A DNA stretch of 64,000 nt from Pelagibacteraceae bacterium AG-325-E23 (GCA_003282945.1 QBYG01000002.1:30553-94552), one strand, 5' to 3'; counted from the first letter of the stretch, positions 1-10,059 are shown. Notes: generated by a model from the letters alone, not told the origin. Made by a program: numbers and translations.

Positions 1-1
1 T

Positions 2-634
2 ACAGTAGCAATTGACTCACCTGCTGCTGCAGGTGCAGGCACTCAAGCTAAACTGATATCAAAAAATTATAATTTGTTTTATCTAGATACTGGTAAAATA
101 TACAGATATATAGGCATGTTAAAACTTCAAAATCAAAAAAATTTTTCATATAATTTAGTTAAGTATAAAATAGGTAATATGAAATTAAGTTACTTAAAAA
201 ATAAAAGCTTACTTTCAAATGATGTTGCCTTATCTGCAGCAAAGATTGCAAAAGATAAAAAAATTAGACATATAGTTCATAAATTTCAGCAAAAATACGC
301 TTATCAACCTCCAAAAAAATACAATGGCTCAGTTTTAGATGGTAGAGATATTATTACAGTGCAGTTAAAAGATGCTACTTTTAAATTTTTCATAACTGCA
401 AGCATTAAGATAAGAGCAAAAAGAAGGTATATGGAATACAAGAGCCTAAATAAAAAAATTGCATATGAAGAAGTGCTTAAAAGCCTTAGAATCAGGGATA
501 AATCGGATAAAGAAAGAAAATATGGACCTCTAAAAAAAACAAAAGATTCTATCTTGATTAATACCACTAAATTAAGTAAGAAAGCCTGCTTTAAAAAGAT
601 AAAAGCAATAATGGATAAAAAATTAAATAATTAA
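2..634 (+). CDS. cmk: Cytidylate kinase (5'-truncated by window edge; frame open from base 2)
   Basis: Frame from base 2 reads TVAIDSPAAAGAGTQAKLIS...YLDTGKIYR, then VLDGRDI and RDKSD; directly upstream of rpsA. Confidence 0.9.
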   Translation, partial: TVAIDSPAAAGAGTQAKLISKNYNLFYLDTGKIYRYIGMLKLQNQKNFSYNLVKYKIGNMKLSYLKNKSLLSNDVALSAAKIAKDKKIRHIVHKFQQKYAYQPPKKYNGSVLDGRDIITVQLKDATFKFFITASIKIRAKRRYMEYKSLNKKIAYEEVLKSLRIRDKSDKERKYGPLKKTKDSILINTTKLSKKACFKKIKAIMDKKLNN

Positions 635-2376
635 TGGAAATTTACAAAGATTTATCATCTCCTGCCTCACAAAAATTTCAAAAACTACTTAGCAGTCAAT
701 TATCTAAAAATAAGATTGAAGAAGGAAAAATTATAGAAGGTAAGGTTACAAAAATAACAAGTAAATACCTTTTTCTTTTTATAGCAGGGCTAAAAAGTGA
801 ACCAGTAATTGATATCAATGAAATGAAGATGATTGGTACCTCGGAAGAAATTAAGGAAGGTGACACAATATCTGTATTGTTAGAAAAAATTGAAGATAAA
901 AATGGAGATGTAGTTGTCTCAGCCCAAAAAGCTCAAAAGATTAAAGGCTGGAACAAGCTTGTCAAATGTTATGAAAATAATGAACTAATTAATGGAAAGA
1001 TTACTCAAAAAACAAAAGGCGGTGTAATTGTAGAACACGTTGAGACAGGCTCGCTTATGTTTTGTCCAGGATCTCAGATTTCTGATAAGCCTATGAAAAA
1101 CATTGATCATTTAATAGGTGTAGAACAAAAATTTGCTCTCATAAAACTTGATATGGTAAGAGGAAATAGTGTTGTATCAAGAAGACAGGTAGTTTCTTCA
1201 AGCAAAAAAGAGGATAAAGTCAAAATAATTGAAAAATTCAAAGTTGGAGATATTATCAAAGATGCTGTTGTAAAGGGATACTCTTCTTTTGGCTGTTTCT
1301 TCGAAGTAACTACTCCTGAAGGAACTTTGGACACACTATGTCATCTACAAGAGATAAGTTATAGTAGGGTGAATCATCCTGATGAGGTTTTTAACATAGG
1401 GGAAAAGCATAATTTAAAAATAATTTCAATTGATATGGAAAAATTACAAGTTGGATGTTCTCTTAAACAGTTGTCGCCTGATCCATTCGAACACATATCT
1501 AACTACCAAATAGGGAATGAATATAAAGTAAAAGTTGTAAAAATTACTGACTATGGGTGTTTCTGCGAATTAGAGCCTGGACTAAGTAGTTTGCTGCATA
1601 GTAGTGAAATTAGCTGGACTAAAAAAAATATTTCACCAAAAAAAATATTTAATGTTGGAGATCAAATCGACTGTGTAATTACAGAGATTGATAAAGAAAA
1701 GAGAAGAGTTGCAATATCACATAGGCTTACAAAGGAAAATCCTTATAATATACTTGAGAATAACTATCCTGTAGGATCTGATATTGATGGAATAGTAAAT
1801 AATTCTAATGAATATGCTATTTACTTAAAATTGGCAGACTTCGATATTGATGGTTTCTTACATTCAAATGACCTTTCATACACTGGTAAACCTGATGAGG
1901 AACTTAAAAAGTATAAAAAGGGAGATAAACTTAAAGTAAAAGTTCTGGAAATAAAAACTAGCGACCAAAAAGTAAGAGTTGGTTTAAAACAATTGCAAAA
2001 TGATCCTTTTGATTGGTTTAAAAATAAAAAATTAGGAGATGTGGTTACAATTAAAGTCATTTCCTCTGATAATAAAGGTTTAAATGTCAAACCTGAGGAG
2101 TGCGACTTAGAAATTTTAATTAAAAAATCTCAAATAGCAATGAGTAGCACAGATGCAAGACCTTCGCGATTTGTGGGAGGCGAAAGAATAGATGCTGCCA
2201 TATCTGAATTAAACTTCGAAAAGCGAAAGGTTTCTTTGAGCATTAAATTACTTGAAGAAATAATGAATGCTAAAGCGATTAAAGAGCATTCAAGTCCTTT
2301 AAGTGGAAAAAATCTTCCATTTTCTTCGCTCTCCGAGCAATTAGATGATAAAAAAAAGAATAAGGATACTGAGTAA
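634..2376 (+). CDS. rpsA: 30S ribosomal protein S1
   Basis: 580 aa with repeated S1 domains (FCPGSQI, HLQEISYSRVNHP, LHSSEISW); cmk-rpsA-ihfB synteny. Confidence 0.96.
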   Translation: MEIYKDLSSPASQKFQKLLSSQLSKNKIEEGKIIEGKVTKITSKYLFLFIAGLKSEPVIDINEMKMIGTSEEIKEGDTISVLLEKIEDKNGDVVVSAQKAQKIKGWNKLVKCYENNELINGKITQKTKGGVIVEHVETGSLMFCPGSQISDKPMKNIDHLIGVEQKFALIKLDMVRGNSVVSRRQVVSSSKKEDKVKIIEKFKVGDIIKDAVVKGYSSFGCFFEVTTPEGTLDTLCHLQEISYSRVNHPDEVFNIGEKHNLKIISIDMEKLQVGCSLKQLSPDPFEHISNYQIGNEYKVKVVKITDYGCFCELEPGLSSLLHSSEISWTKKNISPKKIFNVGDQIDCVITEIDKEKRRVAISHRLTKENPYNILENNYPVGSDIDGIVNNSNEYAIYLKLADFDIDGFLHSNDLSYTGKPDEELKKYKKGDKLKVKVLEIKTSDQKVRVGLKQLQNDPFDWFKNKKLGDVVTIKVISSDNKGLNVKPEECDLEILIKKSQIAMSSTDARPSRFVGGERIDAAISELNFEKRKVSLSIKLLEEIMNAKAIKEHSSPLSGKNLPFSSLSEQLDDKKKNKDTE

Positions 2377-2379
2377 AAA

Positions 2380-2670
2380 TTGTCAGTAGTAAAATCAGAC
2401 TTAATAAAAGAATTATCAAAAAACTACCCAAATTTTTTAAAAAAAGATTTGATTAAATTACTTGATATTGCAGTTTATGAAATACAGGAATCGCTTAAAA
2501 GAGGTGAAAGAGTAGAACTGAGAGAGGTATTTTCTTTTGAGCCTAGGATCCAAAGAGCAAGAGTTTCTAGAAATCCTAAAACAAATGAGAAAATAAATAC
2601 TCCAGAAAAGAAATCAATATTATTTAAAATGTCTAAAGAATGGACAAAAAAAATTAATGAAAAAGAATAA
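2380..2670 (+). CDS. ihfB: Integration host factor beta / HU family DNA-binding protein
   Basis: GERVELR...F, RNPKTNE motif; follows rpsA; TTG start. Confidence 0.85.
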   Translation: MSVVKSDLIKELSKNYPNFLKKDLIKLLDIAVYEIQESLKRGERVELREVFSFEPRIQRARVSRNPKTNEKINTPEKKSILFKMSKEWTKKINEKE

Positions 2671-3328
2671 AATATTTATTGCCTGCGATAGTCAAAATCC
2701 AATTAAAATTAAAGAAATAATAAAAAAAACTCAAAGTCCAAAATTACAAATTGGTTATAAGTTTGGATTAGAGTTTTTGAACTCTAAAAAAGGAAGAAAT
2801 TTTTTATCAAAACTGAAAAATAAAATTACTTTTGGTGATTATAAAATAATGGATATACCTAATACCTGTGTATCTACAATTAAAGCAGTAAAAGATTTAA
2901 AATTAAATTATATAACAATACATATAAGTTCAGGATTAGAAGCGTTAAAAGCTGCTAAAAAAGTTTCAGGTAATACTAAATTAATTGGAGTAACAATTCT
3001 TACTTCTTTAGATAATAAATCACTCAAAGAAATTGGATATAACAGTGAAGTTAAAAAAATTGTACTTAAACAGGCTAAATTGGCCAATAAAGCAAAACTA
3101 GATGCAATAGTTTGCAGCCCAAAAGAAGTAAATATTGTCAGAAAAGTATTTAAAAAAGAAATAATAACACCTGGAATTAGATTTGATTCTAATATTGATG
3201 ATCAGAAAAGAACCTTAACACCAAAACAGGCATATAAAAATGGAAGTGACTGGTTAGTAGTTGGTAGACCAATTACCAAAGGAAATATTAAAAATAATCT
3301 TCAAAAACTAATCTATCATTTAAAATAA
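2657..3328 (+). CDS. pyrF: Orotidine-5'-phosphate decarboxylase
   Basis: DYKIMDIPNT, VTILTS, TPGIR, DDQKR, LVVGRPI. Confidence 0.96.
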   Translation: MKKNKIFIACDSQNPIKIKEIIKKTQSPKLQIGYKFGLEFLNSKKGRNFLSKLKNKITFGDYKIMDIPNTCVSTIKAVKDLKLNYITIHISSGLEALKAAKKVSGNTKLIGVTILTSLDNKSLKEIGYNSEVKKIVLKQAKLANKAKLDAIVCSPKEVNIVRKVFKKEIITPGIRFDSNIDDQKRTLTPKQAYKNGSDWLVVGRPITKGNIKNNLQKLIYHLK

Positions 3329-3951
3329 TGGTCAAAGGAATTAAAATTTGTGGGGTCTCTGATCTTGAGACTTTAAACTATATTGTAAATCATCAATTTC
3401 CTCCAATGTTTGTGGGCTTCATTAGTAATTACAAAAAAAGTAGGAGATATGTAGAGTATGAGAAATTAAAACAGTTAGTTAATATAAAAAAAAAAGAGAC
3501 TAGTTTTGTAGCTGTTCTTGTTGATCCAGATGATAAAATATTAGAGGAAATTAAAGAACTAAATTTTGACTTTTATCAACTGTATGATGTAAGCCCTAAA
3601 AAGACAAAAATAATTAAGGAAAGTTATAATATCAAAGTTATTACTGCTTTAACAATTAATAGTCGAAAAGACGTAGATATATATAAAGATTATGATGAAG
3701 TTTCAGATTTAATTCTTTTTGATGGAAAAGGCTACGAGAAATCAATTGGATTTAATCATGAATTATTAAATCCTATACCTGACTCTGTAAATAAAATGAT
3801 TGCTGGAAATATAAAAATAGAAGATATTCATAAATTTAAAAATAAAGATTACTACATCGATCTAAGTGGTTCTTTAGAAAATGAGAAAGGTAAAAAAGAT
3901 TTAAAAAAAATTGATAAACTATTAAATCTTGCAACTAAAAATGAAACTTAA
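3328..3951 (+). CDS. trpF: Phosphoribosylanthranilate isomerase
   Basis: IKICG N-terminus, IDLSGSLE..KG.KD C-terminus; upstream of trpB. Confidence 0.9.
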   Translation: MVKGIKICGVSDLETLNYIVNHQFPPMFVGFISNYKKSRRYVEYEKLKQLVNIKKKETSFVAVLVDPDDKILEEIKELNFDFYQLYDVSPKKTKIIKESYNIKVITALTINSRKDVDIYKDYDEVSDLILFDGKGYEKSIGFNHELLNPIPDSVNKMIAGNIKIEDIHKFKNKDYYIDLSGSLENEKGKKDLKKIDKLLNLATKNET

Positions 3952-5185
3952 AAAAAGAATTCCCGTTATAGATCAAGGAGATAGGCTTGGTTTTTGGGGA
4001 GGTAAATTTGGAGGAAATTTTGTACCAGAAACACTCAAGAAACCTATAGAGGATTTAGAAATGCAATTTAATAAATTAAAGAATGACAAAAACTTTATAA
4101 AAGAAAGAGATAAGTATTTTAAAAATTGGATTGGAACACCTACGAGATTTATTAAATTAAATAATTTAACAAAACATGTTGGTGGAGCTCAAATTTGGTC
4201 CAAGGTTGTTTCTGATGCTAACGGAGGAGCTCACAAAATATATAATGCAACCGTACATTGTTTATTAGCTAAAAGAAAAGGGAAAAAAGTTATAATCGGT
4301 GACACTGGTGCCGGGTATGCAGGAAAAATGTTGAGTATGGCAGCTAAAAAATTTGGTTTGAAATGTAAAATTTTTATGGGTGCAAAAGATATAAAGAGAC
4401 AACAACCAAATGTTAAAGCAATGAAAAAAAATGGGGCAGATGTAATTCCTGTATATTCAGGAAGTCAAACATTAGTAGATGCTGTATCTGAATGTATGAG
4501 ATATTGGGTTGCCAATTGTGATACAACAGCGATGTGTGTTGGCAGTACAGTAGGACCTGCAATTTTTGTTCGAATATGCGGGTGGAGCACTAGTCAAATC
4601 TCTAGAGAACTTAAAGTTCAATTAATAAATGAATTTGGTGAAATTCCTAAAAAACTTAAATTATATAATTGTGTAGGAGGAGGATCTTCTAGTTTTGGTT
4701 TTTGGAATGAATTTATGGATTATAATAAAAAACAAGTTGAGTTTATTGGGGTTGAAGCAGGAGGGCCATCTAAAAGCAAAAGACATGCAGCTCCTTTAAC
4801 TTATGGTTCCAAAATTGGTATACTGCATGGTGCAGCTCAATACGTAAATCAGAATAGTGATGGACAAATTGAGGAAACTGAGTCTATTTCTGCAGGTCTT
4901 GACTATCCGGGTATATCTCCACTGCATTGCTTTTTAAAAGATACTAAGCGTGCACGGTACACAGCAGCTAGTGACGAAGAAGCTTTAAAAGCCTATCAGA
5001 TAGTAACAAAATATGAAAATTTAAGACCCTCTTTAGAGCCAAGTCATGCGTTTTCTGTGGCAATCAAAGAAGCAAAAAAATTAAGCAAGGATACAATAGT
5101 AATTATTAATAGTTGTGGTGATGCGTATAAAGACCGAGGTATTTTAGAAAAAAGATTGGGAAAGAAATATGTTAAATCCAATTAG
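3941..5185 (+). CDS. trpB: Tryptophan synthase beta chain (divergent active-site motifs)
   Basis: FGGNFVPETL, GAHK PLP lysine, SISAGLDYPG, LEPSHA; ATG at 3941 preferred over TTG at 3929. Confidence 0.92.
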   Translation: MKLKKRIPVIDQGDRLGFWGGKFGGNFVPETLKKPIEDLEMQFNKLKNDKNFIKERDKYFKNWIGTPTRFIKLNNLTKHVGGAQIWSKVVSDANGGAHKIYNATVHCLLAKRKGKKVIIGDTGAGYAGKMLSMAAKKFGLKCKIFMGAKDIKRQQPNVKAMKKNGADVIPVYSGSQTLVDAVSECMRYWVANCDTTAMCVGSTVGPAIFVRICGWSTSQISRELKVQLINEFGEIPKKLKLYNCVGGGSSSFGFWNEFMDYNKKQVEFIGVEAGGPSKSKRHAAPLTYGSKIGILHGAAQYVNQNSDGQIEETESISAGLDYPGISPLHCFLKDTKRARYTAASDEEALKAYQIVTKYENLRPSLEPSHAFSVAIKEAKKLSKDTIVIINSCGDAYKDRGILEKRLGKKYVKSN

Positions 5186-5969
5186 TCTAGCATTTAAAAA
5201 AGCAAAAAATGAGAGCAGACCAGCATTACTTACTTATACTGTTGCTGGTGATAGCTCCAAGAAGCAGTCTTTGGAAATATTAAAAGCAATTTCTAATCAT
5301 GCAGATATTTTGGAAGTTGGCGTACCTCATAATACTCCTGTAGCAGATGGAGGTCAAATTCAAACCAGTTCTTACAGAGCAATTAAAAATGGTATTAAGA
5401 TGAATGATATTTTTAAAATTGTAAGTGATTTTAAAAAAAGTAAAAATTCAAAACCTGTAATATTTATGGGATATTATAATATGATATACCAATATGGTGA
5501 AAATAATTTTTTAAAAAAATGTAAACAATCTGGAGTAAATGGTTTAATAGTTGTGGATTTACCATGGCCAGAAAATAAAAATTTCTCAAAAAAATGTAAA
5601 AAAAATTTAATTAATTTTATCCAACTATTATCTCCTACAACATCAAATAAAAGACTAAAAAGTATTACAAAAGATTCACATGATATGATTTATTATATAA
5701 GTATGTTATCTACTACTGGTGGAAAGCTAAAAGTTTCTCCAAAAAGAATATTAGCCAATTACAATAAAATTAAAAAAATAAGCCCTAAAAAAAATTGTGT
5801 TATTGGTTTTGGGATAACTGAAAAAACTATATCAAATTTTAAAAATACAGATGGGCTAGTCGTAGGAAGTCAAATTTGTAAAGAAATTACTAGAAGTTTA
5901 AGCAATAGACAAAATCCTGTCATAAATGTAAGTAAGATGGTAAGTAAACTGAAAAAAAAAATATCATGA
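5169..5969 (+). CDS. trpA: Tryptophan synthase alpha chain
   Basis: LEVGVP...PVADG.IQ, MGYYN, VDLP, GFGI, VVGS. Confidence 0.94.
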   Translation: MLNPISLAFKKAKNESRPALLTYTVAGDSSKKQSLEILKAISNHADILEVGVPHNTPVADGGQIQTSSYRAIKNGIKMNDIFKIVSDFKKSKNSKPVIFMGYYNMIYQYGENNFLKKCKQSGVNGLIVVDLPWPENKNFSKKCKKNLINFIQLLSPTTSNKRLKSITKDSHDMIYYISMLSTTGGKLKVSPKRILANYNKIKKISPKKNCVIGFGITEKTISNFKNTDGLVVGSQICKEITRSLSNRQNPVINVSKMVSKLKKKIS

Positions 5970-6895
5970 ATTGGTTGACAAAAGCTATAAATTTTGGAGA
6001 AAAAATAAAGAAGGTGCTTCGAAAAAGACCTTCAAAAGAAGATATAGCGAATTCAGATTGGACTAGTTGTTGCAAAGGTCCAATATTAAAAAAAGATTTA
6101 AAGAATAATTTATGGGTTTGTAATCTTTGTGGAAAGCATCATAGAATTAGTTGTAGACAAAGGTTCGACATAGTTTTTGGTAAGAATGCATATCAAATTT
6201 TGGAGTCTCCAATACCTACAGAAGATCCATTAAATTGGGTTGATACAAAATCTTACAAAGACAGGCTTAAAATTGCGAGGAAAAAGACAAACCAAAATTG
6301 TGCGGTTATGATTGCAAAAGGAAAAATAAATGGAATAGAAGTAACAGCAGGTGCAATTAACTTTGATTTTATCGGGGGTTCAGTTGGTGCTGCTGAGGGA
6401 GAAGCAATTATTTATGGTGTACAACATGCAATAGATAATCAAACCCCTTACTTATTTTTTCCTTGTGGAGGTGGACAAAGAATGTTTGAGTCTACAATTG
6501 CCTTAGCAAATATGACTAGAACAACACTTGCCATAAATGAACTAAAAAACAACAATTTACCGTATATAGTTTGCTTTACTGATCCAACTGCTGGAGGAAT
6601 AACTGCCTCTTTTGCAATGTTAGGAGATATTCATCTTGCTGAACCTGGATGCCTAATAGCATTTGCAGGAAAAAGAGTAATTCAAGCAACGGTTAAGGAA
6701 GAATTAAGTTCTGATTTTCAAACAGCCGAATTTGTTGAGAAACATGGCTTTGTTGACAGAGTTGTTCAAAGAAAAGATATTCAAAAAGAAGTGGGGAACC
6801 TTCTATCGATATTACTTAGAAAAAATTCTGATATACATTTAGAAAACTTAAATGAAACTTCAGAAACTAATATCCAAACTAGAGAAGCATCATAA
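5966..6895 (+). CDS. accD: Acetyl-CoA carboxylase carboxyltransferase beta subunit
   Basis: FDFIGGSVG, DPTAGGITASFAMLGD, AEP...AFAGKRVI, FQTAEF. Confidence 0.96.
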   Translation: MNWLTKAINFGEKIKKVLRKRPSKEDIANSDWTSCCKGPILKKDLKNNLWVCNLCGKHHRISCRQRFDIVFGKNAYQILESPIPTEDPLNWVDTKSYKDRLKIARKKTNQNCAVMIAKGKINGIEVTAGAINFDFIGGSVGAAEGEAIIYGVQHAIDNQTPYLFFPCGGGQRMFESTIALANMTRTTLAINELKNNNLPYIVCFTDPTAGGITASFAMLGDIHLAEPGCLIAFAGKRVIQATVKEELSSDFQTAEFVEKHGFVDRVVQRKDIQKEVGNLLSILLRKNSDIHLENLNETSETNIQTREAS

Positions 6896-8117
6896 AAAAA
6901 AGCTAGACTTATCTCTAGGAAGAACTTTTAATCTATTAAAAAAACTGGGTAATCCACAAGATAAATTAAAAAACGTTATCACAGTTGTTGGAACTAATGC
7001 TAAAGCAAGCATGTGCTATAGTCTTAAATCAATACTAAACAAGGGTGGGTACAAAACTAATCTTTACACTTCTCCCCACCTACTCTCTTATACAGAAAGA
7101 TACGTTTTTGAAGATAAGGAAATCAATGAAGAAGATTTAATAGAGTTGCTGACTGATGTTGAAAAAACTTTAGGACATGACAATGCTACATTATTTGAAA
7201 TTTTAACTTGTGCATTTTTAAAACATGCTGAAAGTTTCAAAGATAATATTAATATTATAGAAGCAGGATTATTTCATCAATTTGACAGTACAAATGTTTT
7301 TAAGGAAAATTTAATGACACTCATTGGTGTCATCCACAATGATCACTTTCAGTGGCTTGAAAATAAATCAATTGATGGCGTAATACATGAGAAAACAGCT
7401 AAGCTTTTAAACTCCAATATATTTGTTGATAAACAAGTAAATAATGAAATAAGGGATAAAATAGAACAATCATTAAAAAATAATGCTTCTAATAAATATT
7501 ATTTTGGTAAAGATTTTAATATTACAAAATCTGAGAACGGATTTATTCAATATCAAGACCAACTTGGAGAATTAGTATTACCTGAACCAAGTATTCTTGG
7601 AGATCATCAACTTTATAATATTAGTACCTCAATTGCTGCTTCAAGAAAGATTTTTAATATAAAAGACGAACATATTATAAGTGGTATCACAAATATTTCA
7701 TTGAAAGCAAGACTTGAAGAGATAAAATTTGGTAAATTAAAAGATATTGCAGGTAATAATAAACTTATAATTGATGGTGGTCACAACATTAGTGCAAGTT
7801 TTTCTATCGCTAATTGGATTAAAAATCAAAGTGAAGAAGTAAATCTAATCGTGGGTATGATGAAAGATAAAGAACATACAGAATTTATAAAAGCTTTTGA
7901 AAATATAGTAAATTCAATTACTTTAATTGATATTCCTAATCAAGATGGTGCAATTGCAAAGGAAGATTTTAGAAAAAAGCTAGATAATTTAAAATTAAAT
8001 TTGAAGCTTTCTAATGGAATTGAAGAAAGCATAAAATCCTTATCAAAAAATGAAAATACTATTATACTCTGCTTAGGTTCACTATATCTTGCTGGAGAAA
8101 TTTTAAGATTAAACTAG
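6852..8117 (+). CDS. folC: Folylpolyglutamate synthase / dihydrofolate synthase
   Basis: GTNAK, YTSPHL..Y.ER, IDGGHN, GSLYLAGE; trpA-accD-folC synteny. Confidence 0.93.
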   Translation: MKLQKLISKLEKHHKKKLDLSLGRTFNLLKKLGNPQDKLKNVITVVGTNAKASMCYSLKSILNKGGYKTNLYTSPHLLSYTERYVFEDKEINEEDLIELLTDVEKTLGHDNATLFEILTCAFLKHAESFKDNINIIEAGLFHQFDSTNVFKENLMTLIGVIHNDHFQWLENKSIDGVIHEKTAKLLNSNIFVDKQVNNEIRDKIEQSLKNNASNKYYFGKDFNITKSENGFIQYQDQLGELVLPEPSILGDHQLYNISTSIAASRKIFNIKDEHIISGITNISLKARLEEIKFGKLKDIAGNNKLIIDGGHNISASFSIANWIKNQSEEVNLIVGMMKDKEHTEFIKAFENIVNSITLIDIPNQDGAIAKEDFRKKLDNLKLNLKLSNGIEESIKSLSKNENTIILCLGSLYLAGEILRLN

Positions 8118-8431
8118 ATATTTTCTTTTATCCAAGAAACAATTTCACTTTTTGGAACCGCTCCAACCTTAGTTGAAACATGTTTCCCATCTTTCATCAA
8201 AATCATCGTAGGGATTCCTCTAACACCATATTTTGTTGGCGTATTTGGCTCTTCATCAATGTTATGTTTTGCTACAGATAATTGTTCAGACATTTCATTT
8301 GAAATTTCTTCCAAGCTGGGAGCCACCATATGGCATGGACCACACCATTCTGCCCAAAAATCACAAATTAATATCTTATTATCTTTAACTAATTGATCAA
8401 AACTTTCATCTGTAGATTTTACTGTTGCCAT
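8114..8431 (-). CDS. trxA: Thioredoxin
   Basis: DFWAEWCGPC, YGVRGIPT. Confidence 0.97.
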   Translation of the reverse strand: MATVKSTDESFDQLVKDNKILICDFWAEWCGPCHMVAPSLEEISNEMSEQLSVAKHNIDEEPNTPTKYGVRGIPTMILMKDGKHVSTKVGAVPKSEIVSWIKENI

Positions 8432-8497
8432 ATAAGTTTTATATAAATTAAATTTATTTTTTCAACAGTTAAAAATGCGTAAATTGAATTTTATACA

Positions 8498-9931
8498 TTA
8501 AACATTCTCGTACTTTTTTTGAATAGACATTGCATAAGTATTAAATTCATCCAACAGAGCTAATTTTTCGTTATCATTTTCATTGGTGTATTTTTCTCTT
8601 AAAGTATCAATTTCATTATATAAAGTAGGTATTGTCCACCATTTCTCTTTTCTTTCACTTAGTATTCTTTTAGCAATTTCTCTTCTTATTGATTTATACA
8701 TTGTCTCCGGCAAAACTTCTGGGGCTTCTTGAAATATAATTTTTTTACCAAATGCAACTAATCTATCATCATCAAATTTATCTAATAAATTTAATTTTTC
8801 TTTCCATGGTGCTGCATGCCAAGTTGGGAAAAGAGCTGTATCTTTATTTGAAGTAAATTTTGTATAAATACTTTCTTCAGCGTAAATATCCTCTTGAGAT
8901 TTTGATTGCTCTTTTTCTTCAGCAACTTCCCTTAAGGCTGTCAAAATATTTTGGGAAAATTGTTCATTATTTTGAACAAATTCTGCTCTTTTTTTAATTA
9001 CGTTTTTATCTAGTTTATTATAAGGCTCAGCACTCATTCCATATTTTGCATCAATTATAATAGGTGCTTTATTTGCACGAATTGTTCTTAAAAATTTTGG
9101 AGACTTTTTCATTTCTGATTTTAATTCGTTTATTGATTTTTTTATTAAAGACTGAATTTCAGTTCTCAAATCTATGGAGTAATACCATCCTTGGTAAATT
9201 GGGTGCATACAATGTTTTTGATGTAATGGTACAACTAGATGTAGTCTGGATTTACCATAATAATATTCATTTAAAGTAACAATTTCCCCTTTTTTCATTA
9301 TGGTTTCTGTATCAGATTTATTTGCGGTTCTTAAAAAAGATTCCCAAGTGTGCTCTTGTTTGTTTTTAACAATCTTTAAAATTTTTGCTGTCAATTCGGC
9401 ATCAGCAAGTGCTGAGTGAGCATCACTTGCATCAATGCCCTGCATTTGAGCTAATGATGCAAGTTTAAATACAGGATTATTTTTTTCATTAATTTCCGTT
9501 TCTAAGATAGTTGGATCTACAGCATACGCAGCTCGTGCAATGTTTATACCATCATGTCGTTTATTAGGTGCTGCATTAGTAATATAAGGATATCTAATAT
9601 TTTTAAAAAACTCTTTCCTTATCATCTCTTCATCAAAATTAAGGCTGCTCCAACCTAAAAATATTGCGGGACTCCATTTTTTAAATATTTTTTCAACTTC
9701 ACCCAGCATTTGATAGTGACTTAAGTTTGTTTGAGTTAGTTGTTTTATTGATGTCTTGTTGACTATTAAGGCCATGGCCTGAAATATCTCTCCTTCAGGC
9801 AGACTGCATCTTAAATTAAATCGGTCTTTCTCTTTAAAGTTTTCATCGACTAAAATTCCACCAATCTCAATAATACTACCAAAATCAGTGCTGGCACTTG
9901 ATGATTCTATATCCCAAATTGCTAAATTCAT
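8498..9931 (-). CDS. sbcB: Exodeoxyribonuclease I (DEDDh 3'-5' ssDNA exonuclease)
   Basis: WDIESS, NFDEE, AHSALAD motifs; FKLASLA and IRANKAP match ExoI; 477 aa. Confidence 0.85.
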   Translation of the reverse strand: MNLAIWDIESSSASTDFGSIIEIGGILVDENFKEKDRFNLRCSLPEGEIFQAMALIVNKTSIKQLTQTNLSHYQMLGEVEKIFKKWSPAIFLGWSSLNFDEEMIRKEFFKNIRYPYITNAAPNKRHDGINIARAAYAVDPTILETEINEKNNPVFKLASLAQMQGIDASDAHSALADAELTAKILKIVKNKQEHTWESFLRTANKSDTETIMKKGEIVTLNEYYYGKSRLHLVVPLHQKHCMHPIYQGWYYSIDLRTEIQSLIKKSINELKSEMKKSPKFLRTIRANKAPIIIDAKYGMSAEPYNKLDKNVIKKRAEFVQNNEQFSQNILTALREVAEEKEQSKSQEDIYAEESIYTKFTSNKDTALFPTWHAAPWKEKLNLLDKFDDDRLVAFGKKIIFQEAPEVLPETMYKSIRREIAKRILSERKEKWWTIPTLYNEIDTLREKYTNENDNEKLALLDEFNTYAMSIQKKYENV

Positions 9932-10059
9932 ATTTTAAAACTTAAATTAGCTATGTTTTGATGGGTTTTTGGAAAGTTTTTTAGGACTAAACCGTTGCAT
10001 CTAAACAAGTAGCTTCTAGTTAGTTTTATCTCTTCTATGAAATGGTCTGTTAAAGTCAA
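9928..10059 (-). CDS. Possible 43-aa sORF filling the gap between the two exonuclease genes
   Basis: Stop-free frame TTG(10059)..TGA(9928): MTLTDHFIEEIKLTRSYLFRCNGLVLKNFPKTHQNIANLSFKI; 4-nt overlaps at both ends; may instead be a promoter region. Confidence 0.25.
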   Translation of the reverse strand: MTLTDHFIEEIKLTRSYLFRCNGLVLKNFPKTHQNIANLSFKI

